A DNA stretch of 64,000 bases. Source: Lachnospiraceae bacterium (GTDB taxonomy: Bacteria > Bacillota > Clostridia > Lachnospirales > Lachnospiraceae). The first letter of the stretch is position 1. Each line of letters opens with the position of its first letter. Below the pieces are notes generated by a model that was not told where the DNA came from, did not search any database, and worked only from the letters and a program-made list of their open reading frames with translations. The translations under genes were made by a program, and so were the position numbers. The stretch covers positions 2,117 to 66,116 of the forward strand of contig JAAUZC010000022.1 in NCBI GenBank assembly GCA_014804795.1. The letters are read 5' to 3'. This document shows positions 48,845 through 57,469 of this stretch, piece by piece.

Positions 48845-50137
48845 TTAGTTGTCATCCCGCAAACTGTTTATCAAATGCCGGCCTGACATATCTCCCCGGA
48901 GCACCTCCATGATATTTTCCGTAAACTTTTCCTTCCTATCCACACCCCACATATTTTCCGGTGTATCGATCTTTCTTTCTGCATTCAAAACAAGCGTTGC
49001 CGCCTGATACATTCTCGGCTTTTCTACACTGTATCTCTCAAGAGAGACCTGGGGATTCGACGGGATCTGTTCCGTCTCCTCCAGTATCCTTGTCTGTACC
49101 TCTTCGCTTAACATATATTTTAAAAATCTTACCGATGCCTCTTCTTTCTCCGCCGCATTGCTCTTTCCCAGTACATAGCCCATACATGCCGATTCACAGG
49201 AAATTGCTGTTCCTGATGCACTCGGCAGCAGGGCGTATTTTACATCCAGTTCCTCCCCGATCATAGGCGCTCCCCAGACGCCGTTAATATATATGGCCAG
49301 TTTTCCGTCATTAAAAAGACTCGTTTCGTCCCGATAAGTATAATTCATTTCATCAGAAGCAGAGTATTTATAAATCTCTTTAAGCTGCTTCAACACATCC
49401 TCCATTTTATCCTCATCTACAAGCAGTCTGTGCTCCTGCGGCGACCAGTTCAGTCCTCCCTCACTGTCTGCAAGTACATGGTCCGCAAAATACAGATATC
49501 CTTCCGAGGTAACTTTATGCGGTTTAATTCCTGTTCCCTCAGAAACCGACCAGTTTTCCAGTGTTTCACACATTTCCATAAATTCTTCCCAAGTAGCAGG
49601 CAGTTCCCGGATTCCAGCCTGCTCCAGGATTTCCTCATTATACCAGTATCCTCCGCTAAGTGATAGTACTGCTACAACATTATACAGCTCTCCTTCATCC
49701 GTCGTCCAGGATTTCAGATTTGTCTCCGATATATCAGATGCCAGCTCTTCATCTTCTTCCAGATAAGGCATCAGGTCTATCAACATATCATTCCTTACCA
49801 TAAAATCATAAGTCTGGTTATATCCTATCCCTTCAAAATTCACAATATCCGGTATATCGCCCACCATGATCATATCTTCCACTTTCCGGAGCATTTCTTC
49901 CCTGGTGGGCATGGAGATAAGCCTTAATTCAATATCCGGATTTTCGGTCTGGAACTCCTCGTATATTTTTCGCATTGCCACATGATCCGCCTCTATGCCT
50001 CCCCAGCCGTGGACCATTGTTATGGTCACTTTATTTTCCTGCTCCTTTCCGCAACCGGCAATGATACATGTCAGTACCAGCAAAATACCTATGATCCATA
50101 CCCTTTTATATTTCTTCCATGCCGTTTCTTTTTCCAT
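48845..50137 (-). CDS. Second sugar-binding lipoprotein, coupled to the two-component system
   Basis: Lipobox IIAGC; YINGVWGAP, FLKYMLS; overlaps response regulator 3' end. Confidence 0.85.
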   Translation of the reverse strand: MEKETAWKKYKRVWIIGILLVLTCIIAGCGKEQENKVTITMVHGWGGIEADHVAMRKIYEEFQTENPDIELRLISMPTREEMLRKVEDMIMVGDIPDIVNFEGIGYNQTYDFMVRNDMLIDLMPYLEEDEELASDISETNLKSWTTDEGELYNVVAVLSLSGGYWYNEEILEQAGIRELPATWEEFMEMCETLENWSVSEGTGIKPHKVTSEGYLYFADHVLADSEGGLNWSPQEHRLLVDEDKMEDVLKQLKEIYKYSASDEMNYTYRDETSLFNDGKLAIYINGVWGAPMIGEELDVKYALLPSASGTAISCESACMGYVLGKSNAAEKEEASVRFLKYMLSEEVQTRILEETEQIPSNPQVSLERYSVEKPRMYQAATLVLNAERKIDTPENMWGVDRKEKFTENIMEVLRGDMSGRHLINSLRDDN

Positions 50138-50861
50138 TTCTGAACTCCTTCGGGGACAGCCCTGTCTGTTTCTTAAATACTTTTGAAAAATAACCCGCGT
50201 TATCGAATCCTACCGCGTCCGATATCTCATAAGTCTTCATTTCCGTATTCTGCAGAAACCCCTTTGCCGCTTCGATCCGTTTTTTTACTATCACATCAAA
50301 CAGGTTCATTCCTGTTTTTTCCTTATACAACCGGCTCAGATAGCTTCTGTTTGCATGAAGCTCATTCGCAATCTCATCCAGCGATATCCTCTTCATATAA
50401 TTTTGTTCTATGTACTGTTCTATCTGCCTCTGCAGTGTTGCCGTTGTCTCAAGCTTTGCATTTTTCCCCTCAAGTTCTTCATGAAACCGTCGGAGCTCCC
50501 CGACCGCCTTTTGTACAGCCTTCGGCAGTTCCTCAAGAACAGATACCTTCAATACATATTCACAGGCACTGTACCGGATCGCTTTTTTTGCATATTCAAA
50601 TTCCGAGTACGCGGTCAGCAGTATGACCGGTATCTCCGGACAGGTCTCATATACATACCGGCATACCTCCAGTCCGTCCATTACCGGCATCCGGATATCT
50701 GCGATAATGATATCCGGGCGTTCCGCTTCTATCTGCATGATCAGTTCTTTTCCATTACTGCACACCGAGCAAAGACTGCAGTCCATCTTTTCCCACGATA
50801 TCAGTTTATAGAGCGCTTCCCGGATATATGCTTCATCATCTGCCGCTATTACTTTCCACAT
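50106..50861 (-). CDS. YesN-like response regulator (REC + AraC HTH)
   Basis: IAADDE, IIADIRMPVMDG, LTAYSEF, AVGFDNAGYFSKVFKK; start ATG 50861 after GAGGTG. Confidence 0.92.
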   Translation of the reverse strand: MWKVIAADDEAYIREALYKLISWEKMDCSLCSVCSNGKELIMQIEAERPDIIIADIRMPVMDGLEVCRYVYETCPEIPVILLTAYSEFEYAKKAIRYSACEYVLKVSVLEELPKAVQKAVGELRRFHEELEGKNAKLETTATLQRQIEQYIEQNYMKRISLDEIANELHANRSYLSRLYKEKTGMNLFDVIVKKRIEAAKGFLQNTEMKTYEISDAVGFDNAGYFSKVFKKQTGLSPKEFRNGKRNGMEEI

Positions 50862-52650
50862 TTTCTTCACCTCTGTCTACCGGAAGGACAATTTCTATCT
50901 TCGTCCCCTTCCCTTTTTCTCCCCAAATTTCCATACGAAAACGGTTTCCGTATAAAATCTCCAGAAGATTTCGCGTATTCGCCAGCCCTATATGGGTATG
51001 GAACTTCCGGAACGCCTCTTCCTGTCCTTCTTCCTGCACAGCTTTCTCAGACATCTTTCCAGTTTTTTCACCGGCTTCTTTTCGATCCACCTCTTCCGGA
51101 TCGAATCCGACTCCGTCATCTTCCACCTGTATATGCAGCATCCTCTCTCCTTGTTCTTCCTGTTCCCATAATGCCACCTTAACCCATCCTTCTTCCTCTT
51201 TGGGCTCCAGCCCGTGGGACACCGCATTTTCCACAAGAGGTTCGATCAACAGTCTCGGAATCAGATCCCGGTTTATACTCTCATCCGCGATATCTATCTC
51301 ATAGGAAATCTTTTCCTGAAAACGGCTGTGTTGGAGATACAGATAAAACCTCACGATCTCCAGTTCTTCCGATACTCTGATCATGATCTCCCCTTCACGG
51401 AATATCTTCCCATGCACCAGCCCCGAAAATGCCTGGAGCCCTTCGTACAGCTCCTCATTCCCTGCCATTTTTGCCTTCAATCCCAGCATAGTCAATACAT
51501 TAAACTGGAAATGGGGATTGATCTGAGCCTGCAGGTATTTTACCTGCAGCCTTCCCGCAAGGATCTCCTTTTCATACACCTGTGTGATCAGATGTTTGAT
51601 ATGGTCTGCCATTTCATTGAATACGGCCCCAATATCATGAAATTCCTGAATCGGTGAATCTCCCATCCGGACATCAAAATTCTGATCACCAAAGGCCTTA
51701 ATGCTCTCACTCAATCCTGACATCGGTTTTGTAAAACGATAACTTGTACTGAATGCCAGAAAAACCGTCAATAGCAATACAAGAATAAACCCCGCGCCAA
51801 ATACGAACACCGTAGGTTTCAGCAGCGCAAATATATTTTCTCTTCCCGCCGACACCACAGAATATATTCCAAAGCCGCAGGAATCCACATATCCCAGCAT
51901 ATCCGGCTCATCGATGATCTTTCGTCCCTGCCAGTTACTGCCAATCCTCTGCAAACTGTCTATACTATCCTGTTCCCCGTAAGCATCCAGTACTTCGCCG
52001 CCCTCATCCAGTATCAGCCATGCCCCGTTTTTATAGGAAGCCGTCTCTCCCAGCACCATCTCCACAGCCTCACTGCTGATCTCCGCAATGCATATCCCGC
52101 GTTCCTGCATATGATCGTCATAGATCCTGAAACAGAGATTAATATTCTCTGTGTCCGTATATGTCTTATATTGAAGTTCCTGCCCCTTAAACCTCTGGTG
52201 CAATTCCGCATATTTTTCCATTTCAAGCTGCTGAAACTCCACCGTAGACGCATAGTAACGCTCATAAACATATTCATCACAATTATTAAAAAGATAGACG
52301 CTGATAACGAACGGAAGCTGACGATTGATCGTATTGCGGTCCGAAAACAGCTTCATACAGTAAGAAAGCTGTTCCTCCGCCACACTCTCATCATAATCCG
52401 CCTTGTCAAAAAAATCGTCCAGCATCACATTATGCCGGATAGATATGGCACCGTCTTCGATAAACTGCATATGGGATTGCAGCTGCTGGCTTGTATTCTG
52501 CAACACATACTGTATATCCTCTCTTGTATTCTCATAAAAAAAAGAGAAAAAAACATACAGAATCGCTATGCAGGCCAATAATAAGGTGCAGACAGATGTC
52601 ATAACTGTCAATATGGTAATCTCTGTCCGCAGTGTTCTCTTTTTTTTCAT
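50836..52650 (-). CDS. YesM/LytS-like sensor histidine kinase
   Basis: Two TM helices, HAMP, LQAQINPHFQFNVL, PLVENAVSHG, VEDDGVG, HIGLAN, GTKI; start ATG 52650 (alternative 52668). Confidence 0.92.
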   Translation of the reverse strand: MKKKRTLRTEITILTVMTSVCTLLLACIAILYVFFSFFYENTREDIQYVLQNTSQQLQSHMQFIEDGAISIRHNVMLDDFFDKADYDESVAEEQLSYCMKLFSDRNTINRQLPFVISVYLFNNCDEYVYERYYASTVEFQQLEMEKYAELHQRFKGQELQYKTYTDTENINLCFRIYDDHMQERGICIAEISSEAVEMVLGETASYKNGAWLILDEGGEVLDAYGEQDSIDSLQRIGSNWQGRKIIDEPDMLGYVDSCGFGIYSVVSAGRENIFALLKPTVFVFGAGFILVLLLTVFLAFSTSYRFTKPMSGLSESIKAFGDQNFDVRMGDSPIQEFHDIGAVFNEMADHIKHLITQVYEKEILAGRLQVKYLQAQINPHFQFNVLTMLGLKAKMAGNEELYEGLQAFSGLVHGKIFREGEIMIRVSEELEIVRFYLYLQHSRFQEKISYEIDIADESINRDLIPRLLIEPLVENAVSHGLEPKEEEGWVKVALWEQEEQGERMLHIQVEDDGVGFDPEEVDRKEAGEKTGKMSEKAVQEEGQEEAFRKFHTHIGLANTRNLLEILYGNRFRMEIWGEKGKGTKIEIVLPVDRGEENVESNSGR

Positions 52651-52664
52651 CCTTTCTCCGTTCT

Positions 52665-53035
52665 TCATTCAATTAAACCGTTGAAAACAAATGGGTAATC
52701 CGATGTTTTCAACGGTTTTGGTATAGTATTTATATGTTTTTTCTTCTCCTCCTCAACCTCTTTCTGCAGTTCCTCTATCATATAATGTATTGTATTCCTG
52801 TCCAATATCCTCAGCGCTTCCGAAAACATGTTTAACATCTCCTCCGGATTCTGCCTCAGCATAGCTATCTCTTTATAAATTTCTTCCAGCCACGGATACT
52901 CCTGTATCAGTTTTTCCGTATTTTCCAAATCTTCCACAGCCAGCAAAGACAGCCATGCAGTCTGTTCACTCTTTTCTTTAGCATAAGGGAATCTTCTGAA
53001 AACGTCAAGGGTGACCAGACAATATTCCTGCAATA
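52665..53035 (-). pseudogene. Isolated 3' fragment of an Rpn / PD-(D/E)XK gene (direct repeat copy 2 at 52710-53035)
   Basis: LQEYCLVTLDVFRRFPYAKEKSEQTAWLSLL...KKHINTIPKPLKTSDYPFVFNGLIE*, about 95% identical to 41023-41348; no nuclease core upstream. Confidence 0.85.
52675..52718. other. Perfect 15-bp-stem hairpin at the cassette boundary
   Basis: AAACCGTTGAAAACA / TGTTTTCAACGGTTT. Confidence 0.8.
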
Positions 53036-53062
53036 TTCCTACAATATTTCTCCAAAAAGCGA

Positions 53063-53089
53063 ACCCTTTTTTATTGCCCGCATAAGATA
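53063..53089 (+). promoter_or_regulatory. Putative sigma-K-type promoter
   Basis: AC-16-CATAAGATA fits the Bacillus sigma-K consensus AC-N16-CATAnnnTA; short motif, so a chance match is possible. Confidence 0.4.
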
Positions 53090-53118
53090 AACCATAAAAA
53101 CAAACGGAGGTAACTAAC

Positions 53119-53355
53119 ATGAGTGATTTAACAGCTACAAACTGCGGATGCGGCAACATGGGCAGAAGCGGATGCGGATGCAGCAACATCATCTGGATCA
53201 TCCTTCTCCTGTCTCTGTGCGGAGGCAACGGTAATGATGACTGCGGATGCAACGACAACGGCTTATTTGGCCTTGGCGGCAATGGCGGCTGCGAATGCAT
53301 CATCTGGATCTTACTGTTGTTAAGCTGCGGCGGATGCGGTAATGGATTGTTCTAA
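53119..53355 (+). CDS. Small Cys/Gly-rich protein with two IIWI(I/L)LLL hydrophobic repeats; putative spore coat/exosporium protein
   Basis: 78 aa, 11 Cys, 19 Gly; GGAGG SD; own terminator. Confidence 0.75.
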   Translation: MSDLTATNCGCGNMGRSGCGCSNIIWIILLLSLCGGNGNDDCGCNDNGLFGLGGNGGCECIIWILLLLSCGGCGNGLF

Positions 53356-53364
53356 AAATCCGGT

Positions 53365-53391
53365 AAAGGGGCAGCCAAAAGCTGCCTCTTT
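53365..53391 (+). terminator. Intrinsic terminator
   Basis: AAAGGGGCAGC-CAAAA-GCTGCCTCTTT. Confidence 0.7.
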
Positions 53392-53467
53392 ATATAAAAA
53401 CCGTCTTTTTTCAGATATTTTCTCCCGCATCCACTGTGCCATCAGGGTGCAGCATCCAAATTTTCGG

Positions 53468-53496
53468 GTATGAAGCCTGTTTTTGCCGCATACATT
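53468..53496 (+). promoter_or_regulatory. Putative sigma-E-type promoter
   Basis: GTATGAA-14-CATACATT fits the sigma-E -10 CATACAnT with the expected 14-nt spacer; one -35 mismatch. Confidence 0.4.
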
Positions 53497-53561
53497 GATA
53501 AAACAAAGCATAAAGCAGTCTTTGGTATCAACATCCAAAATTTTCAGATGGAGCCGGAACA

Positions 53562-54230
53562 TTGTGTGATTCTATGGAAACGATCAAAAACGAACAAATA
53601 TATGCCTTTGACAGTTTATATACGACCAATCATATTCAAATGCTGAAGATACTACTGCCTTGTTTAAATCCTCCCCTTCAAAAAAATCTGGCATTGTACA
53701 TCAAATTTTTAGAGCTTCGTTATACTATTTCGTTTCTGAGCACACACCCCTATGTCATCAGCGGATGCGGTTTTGATAAAGAACACAGAGAGCAGGAAAT
53801 TCCGATAAATGACCTGCTCCCTTACCTCACACCGCAGGAAGCCGAAAACTTTAAGCAGCTTCAAAAAAGCATGGATATGATGAAACAGTTTTCCGCCATG
53901 CAGAAAAATATGGAAGCTCTAAAGGGCATCCTGCCTGAAGGTATGGATTTCGAATCGCTGTTCGGGCAGATGATGGGCAATAGCCGCCCCGGCAGCGACG
54001 ATCACGGCCGGGCTGAGTCCGGAACAAATGATACTTTCCGTAAAACCGATACACCAAATGCTGATCCGGCGGCCAAAGCATCCCCTGTATCAGCAAAACC
54101 TTTTTCCGAAAACAACATTCTTCAAAATATGATGCGGGGTACATCCGGCGGCGACATTTTGAAAAATATGATGTCCGACTCCCAGATGGAACTGTATCAG
54201 AAATTTAATGAGCGCTTCCGGAATATATAG
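53562..54230 (+). CDS. Hypothetical protein
   Basis: 222-aa ORF, M/Q/K-rich helical segments; start uncertain (GTG 53562 or ATG 53574). Confidence 0.7.
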   Translation: MCDSMETIKNEQIYAFDSLYTTNHIQMLKILLPCLNPPLQKNLALYIKFLELRYTISFLSTHPYVISGCGFDKEHREQEIPINDLLPYLTPQEAENFKQLQKSMDMMKQFSAMQKNMEALKGILPEGMDFESLFGQMMGNSRPGSDDHGRAESGTNDTFRKTDTPNADPAAKASPVSAKPFSENNILQNMMRGTSGGDILKNMMSDSQMELYQKFNERFRNI

Positions 54231-54299
54231 GCAGGACATAAATATCAAAATAAATCCATATAGAAAGTTAAGCAGGTATGCCTGCCGGAAAGGACAATT

Positions 54300-54608
54300 A
54301 TGGCAAATAAAACCGATAACCAAAACGATTATTTATCCTCCGGTGAATGGATGCGCGACAGCGCGCTCTCTCACATTCCCCATTCAAAACTGGAATTTTT
54401 ACAGATCATGCTCTTTGAGAGCCGTAAATTGAAGCAGGATGAAATGCTTCCGTTTTTTATGTCCGTTATTAAAGTCAGCCGCGAAAAAAATATCACTTTC
54501 ACAGAAGAAGAAATGGATTCCATTTTAGAAGTCTTAAAAGAACACTCCACCCCCGATGAACTGACCCGCATGAATCAGATCATGCAGATGCGGAAGTCCA
54601 TGGGATGA
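54300..54608 (+). CDS. Hypothetical protein
   Basis: 102-aa ORF with GAAAGGA SD; helical. Confidence 0.75.
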   Translation: MANKTDNQNDYLSSGEWMRDSALSHIPHSKLEFLQIMLFESRKLKQDEMLPFFMSVIKVSREKNITFTEEEMDSILEVLKEHSTPDELTRMNQIMQMRKSMG

Positions 54609-54614
54609 TGAAAC

Positions 54615-54745
54615 CGTTACTATTCACAGTCCCTCCACCCGCATTCACAAAATCAGCCAGCAGAGCTGCCTGTCGCTGCTTCGCAGCTTGATATTTTGTT
54701 CATGCGGGCGGAGTTCCGGTTTCCATGTGACTATGAATAGTAACG
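54615..54745. repeat. 131-bp nested palindrome (REP/MITE-like) between convergent genes
   Basis: Outer arms CGTTACTATTCACAGTC / GACTATGAATAGTAACG (16/17 paired), inner 11/12 and 7-bp stems, apical GCTGC-TTC-GCAGC; abuts the leuS stop codon. Confidence 0.7.
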
Positions 54746-57274
54746 TCATTTCTGCACAATATTCACAAGCCGTCCCGGCACATAAATCTCTTTCACTATC
54801 GTACCGGTGATTCTCTCTGCCATCATCTCTTTCGCCCTGGCAATAATGTCTTCTTTCGGATCATCTTTCCCGATATTCATTGTACCACGGACTTTTCCGT
54901 TGATCTGCAGAGCAATTTCTATCGTAGCTTCAACAGTCTTTGCCTCTTCATACTCAGGCCAGCTGTGAACATAGAGATATCCCTCCTCACCGATCATCTG
55001 CCAAAGTTCTTCTGTCATATGAGGAGCCACGGGATTTAACAGTATAAGGAGTGTCTTATACTCTCCCTTTGTCACCGCATTTTTCCGGTAGAACTCATTG
55101 ATCAACGCCATCATCGCCGCAATGGCCGTATTGAATTTCAGACTCTCATAGTCGGCGCTTACCTTTTTGATGGTCTGATGCATCTTAGTCTCCAGATCAG
55201 CGCTGTAATTTTCCTCATCCGTCATGATATCCTGCAGCTTCCAGACGCGTTCCAGAAATCTGCGGCAGCCTTTTACACCGTCCTCGCTCCAGCCGGCGCT
55301 CAGGTCAAAAGCACCGATGAACATTTCATAGGTACGAAGCGTATCAGCGCCGTAATCTCTCACAATATCATCCGGATTTACTACATTGCCCAGCGATTTG
55401 GACATCTTCACAACCGGATGATCCGCCATCTCGCCGTATTTCTCGCGCAGTGCCGCTCTCACCGCATCTTCGCTGCCGTACTCCTCCAGAAGTTTTTTCT
55501 GCTCCTGTGCCGGAAGATTGGAAAAGCTGTGGGGATTGAGCCCCAGTATCATGCCGTGGGAAGTCCTCTTCTGGTACGGTTCCGGACAGGGTACTACTCC
55601 CTCATCATACAGGAACTTATGCCAGAATCTGGAATACAGCAGGTGCAGTGTTGTATGCTCCATACCGCCGTTATACCAGTCTACCGGCATCCAGTATTCA
55701 AGCGCCTCTTTGCTTGCAAGAGCTTTATCATTCTTCGGATCCGTGTAGCGCAGGAAATACCAGGAAGAACCTGCCCACTGGGGCATCGTGTCGGTCTCTC
55801 TCTTCGCCGGTCCGTTACAGCATGGACAGGTGGTATTGACCCAGTCGGTCATTGCTGACAGCGGCGACTCACCCGTATCGGTGGGCATATAACTGTCCAC
55901 ATCCGGCAGTTCAAGCGGCAGCTCGCTCTCAGGAAGCGCCACATAACCGCATTTTTCACAATATACGACAGGAATCGGCTCACCCCAGTAGCGCTGTCTG
56001 GAAAATACCCAGTCACGCAGTTTGTAATTGGTCTTTGCCTGACCGATCCCTTTCTCTTCCAGATACTGAATCATGCGCTCTTTTGCTGCCTCTACCGGCA
56101 TTCCGTCCAAAAAGTCGGAATTCACCAAAATACCGCTTGCAACATCCGTGTAGACTTTTTTCTGCACATCTTCACCGCCGGCCACTACTTCCACGATCGG
56201 CAGATGGAACTTCTTCGCAAAGTCCCAGTCTCTTTCATCATGAGCAGGCACCGCCATGATCGCACCCGTTCCATAACTCATCAGTACATAGTCCGATACA
56301 AAGATAGGAATTTCTTTCTGATTTACGGGATTTACTGCACAAAGTCCGTCCAGTACAACGCCGGTCTTATCTTTTGCCAGTTCAGAACGTTCAAAGTCAG
56401 ACTTTTTCGCTGCCTGCTTTCTGTATTCTTCCACATCATCCCAGTTTTTGATATCTTCTTTATATTTATCAAGCAGCGGGTGTTCCGGAGAAACTACCAT
56501 ATAAGTTGCACCAAACAGCGTATCACACCTTGTAGTATAGATCCGCAGCTTATCTTCTTTGCCGGCAATCTGAAAATCGACTTCCGCACCCTGAGATTTC
56601 CCAATCCAGTTTTTCTGGGATACGGCAATTTTCTCCACATAATCCACACCGTCCAGACCATTTATCAGCTTTTCCGCATACTCCGTGATCTTTAACATCC
56701 ATTGACTCTTTACTTTTCGTACCACCTCGGCGCCGCATCGCTCACATACACCGTTTACAACCTCTTCATTGGCGAGTCCCACCTTACAGGAAGTACACCA
56801 GTTGATCGGCATTTCAGCTTTATAGGCAAGCCCTTTCTTAAAAAGCTGTAAAAATATCCACTGGGTCCAATGATAATAGTCCGGATCGGTGGTATTGATC
56901 TCTCTGTTCCAGTCAAAAGAATACCCAAGGGAATGCAGCTGTTCTTTAAAACGCGCCACATTATTTTTTGTCACGATCTTCGGGTGGATCTTATTGGCAA
57001 TTGCAAAATTTTCCGTCGGCAGACCAAAAGCATCCCATCCCATCGGAAACAGTACATTATATCCCTGCATCCTGCGCTTACGGGATACAATATCCATTGC
57101 CGTATAAGGTCTCGGGTGTCCCACATGCAATCCCTGCCCTGACGGATAAGGAAACTCTACCAGTGCATAATACTTCGGTTTACTGTAATCTTCAGATGTT
57201 GCAAAAGCCTGCTCATCATCCCAGATCTTCTGCCATTTTTGTTCCACTTCTCTGTGATTATAAACTTTTGACAT
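54746..57274 (-). CDS. leuS: Leucine--tRNA ligase
   Basis: [14 protein letters not shown] (HIGH), [12 protein letters not shown]1 editing domain, [20 protein letters not shown]; start refined to ATG 57274. Confidence 0.97.
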   Translation of the reverse strand: MSKVYNHREVEQKWQKIWDDEQAFATSEDYSKPKYYALVEFPYPSGQGLHVGHPRPYTAMDIVSRKRRMQGYNVLFPMGWDAFGLPTENFAIANKIHPKIVTKNNVARFKEQLHSLGYSFDWNREINTTDPDYYHWTQWIFLQLFKKGLAYKAEMPINWCTSCKVGLANEEVVNGVCERCGAEVVRKVKSQWMLKITEYAEKLINGLDGVDYVEKIAVSQKNWIGKSQGAEVDFQIAGKEDKLRIYTTRCDTLFGATYMVVSPEHPLLDKYKEDIKNWDDVEEYRKQAAKKSDFERSELAKDKTGVVLDGLCAVNPVNQKEIPIFVSDYVLMSYGTGAIMAVPAHDERDWDFAKKFHLPIVEVVAGGEDVQKKVYTDVASGILVNSDFLDGMPVEAAKERMIQYLEEKGIGQAKTNYKLRDWVFSRQRYWGEPIPVVYCEKCGYVALPESELPLELPDVDSYMPTDTGESPLSAMTDWVNTTCPCCNGPAKRETDTMPQWAGSSWYFLRYTDPKNDKALASKEALEYWMPVDWYNGGMEHTTLHLLYSRFWHKFLYDEGVVPCPEPYQKRTSHGMILGLNPHSFSNLPAQEQKKLLEEYGSEDAVRAALREKYGEMADHPVVKMSKSLGNVVNPDDIVRDYGADTLRTYEMFIGAFDLSAGWSEDGVKGCRRFLERVWKLQDIMTDEENYSADLETKMHQTIKKVSADYESLKFNTAIAAMMALINEFYRKNAVTKGEYKTLLILLNPVAPHMTEELWQMIGEEGYLYVHSWPEYEEAKTVEATIEIALQINGKVRGTMNIGKDDPKEDIIARAKEMMAERITGTIVKEIYVPGRLVNIVQK

Positions 57275-57335
57275 ATTTATTTCCTCATTTCTCTGCTGCA
57301 AAACAGCCTGTATTTTCCAAAAGAATCCTTTCTAA

Positions 57336-57364
57336 ATATTACCTATACTATGTTCTTTTGTCAA
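57336..57364 (-). promoter_or_regulatory. Sigma-A promoter of leuS
   Basis: TTGACA-17-TAATAT, about 60 nt upstream of the start. Confidence 0.6.
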
Positions 57365-57382
57365 GCAAAGAATCCGCCACAT

Positions 57383-57417
57383 GAAAACACCCATGCATAT
57401 TCTGCACAGGTGTTTTC
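57383..57417 (-). terminator. Terminator-like hairpin after EF-G paralog
   Basis: GAAAACACC / GGTGTTTTC inverted repeat. Confidence 0.55.
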
Positions 57418-57469
57418 TTATCCCCTTATATCACTGTAACCCCAATATTGATCATTCTACACTTCCGGT

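Noticed and set aside
41023-53035. Classical composite transposon
   Set aside because: The flanks are nuclease-gene fragments without terminal inverted repeats, an intact transposase or target-site duplications; kept only as a homology-flanked cassette hypothesis.
52665-53303. 212-aa minus-strand ORF in the track
   Set aside because: Chimera: its first part is the antisense of the Cys-rich gene and promoter region, and only the last ~123 codons are the Rpn fragment.
53119-53355. Cys-rich peptide as a RiPP/bacteriocin precursor (ranthipeptide, lanthipeptide)
   Set aside because: No radical SAM, LanM/LanB, peptidase-ABC exporter or immunity gene nearby, and no leader/core division.
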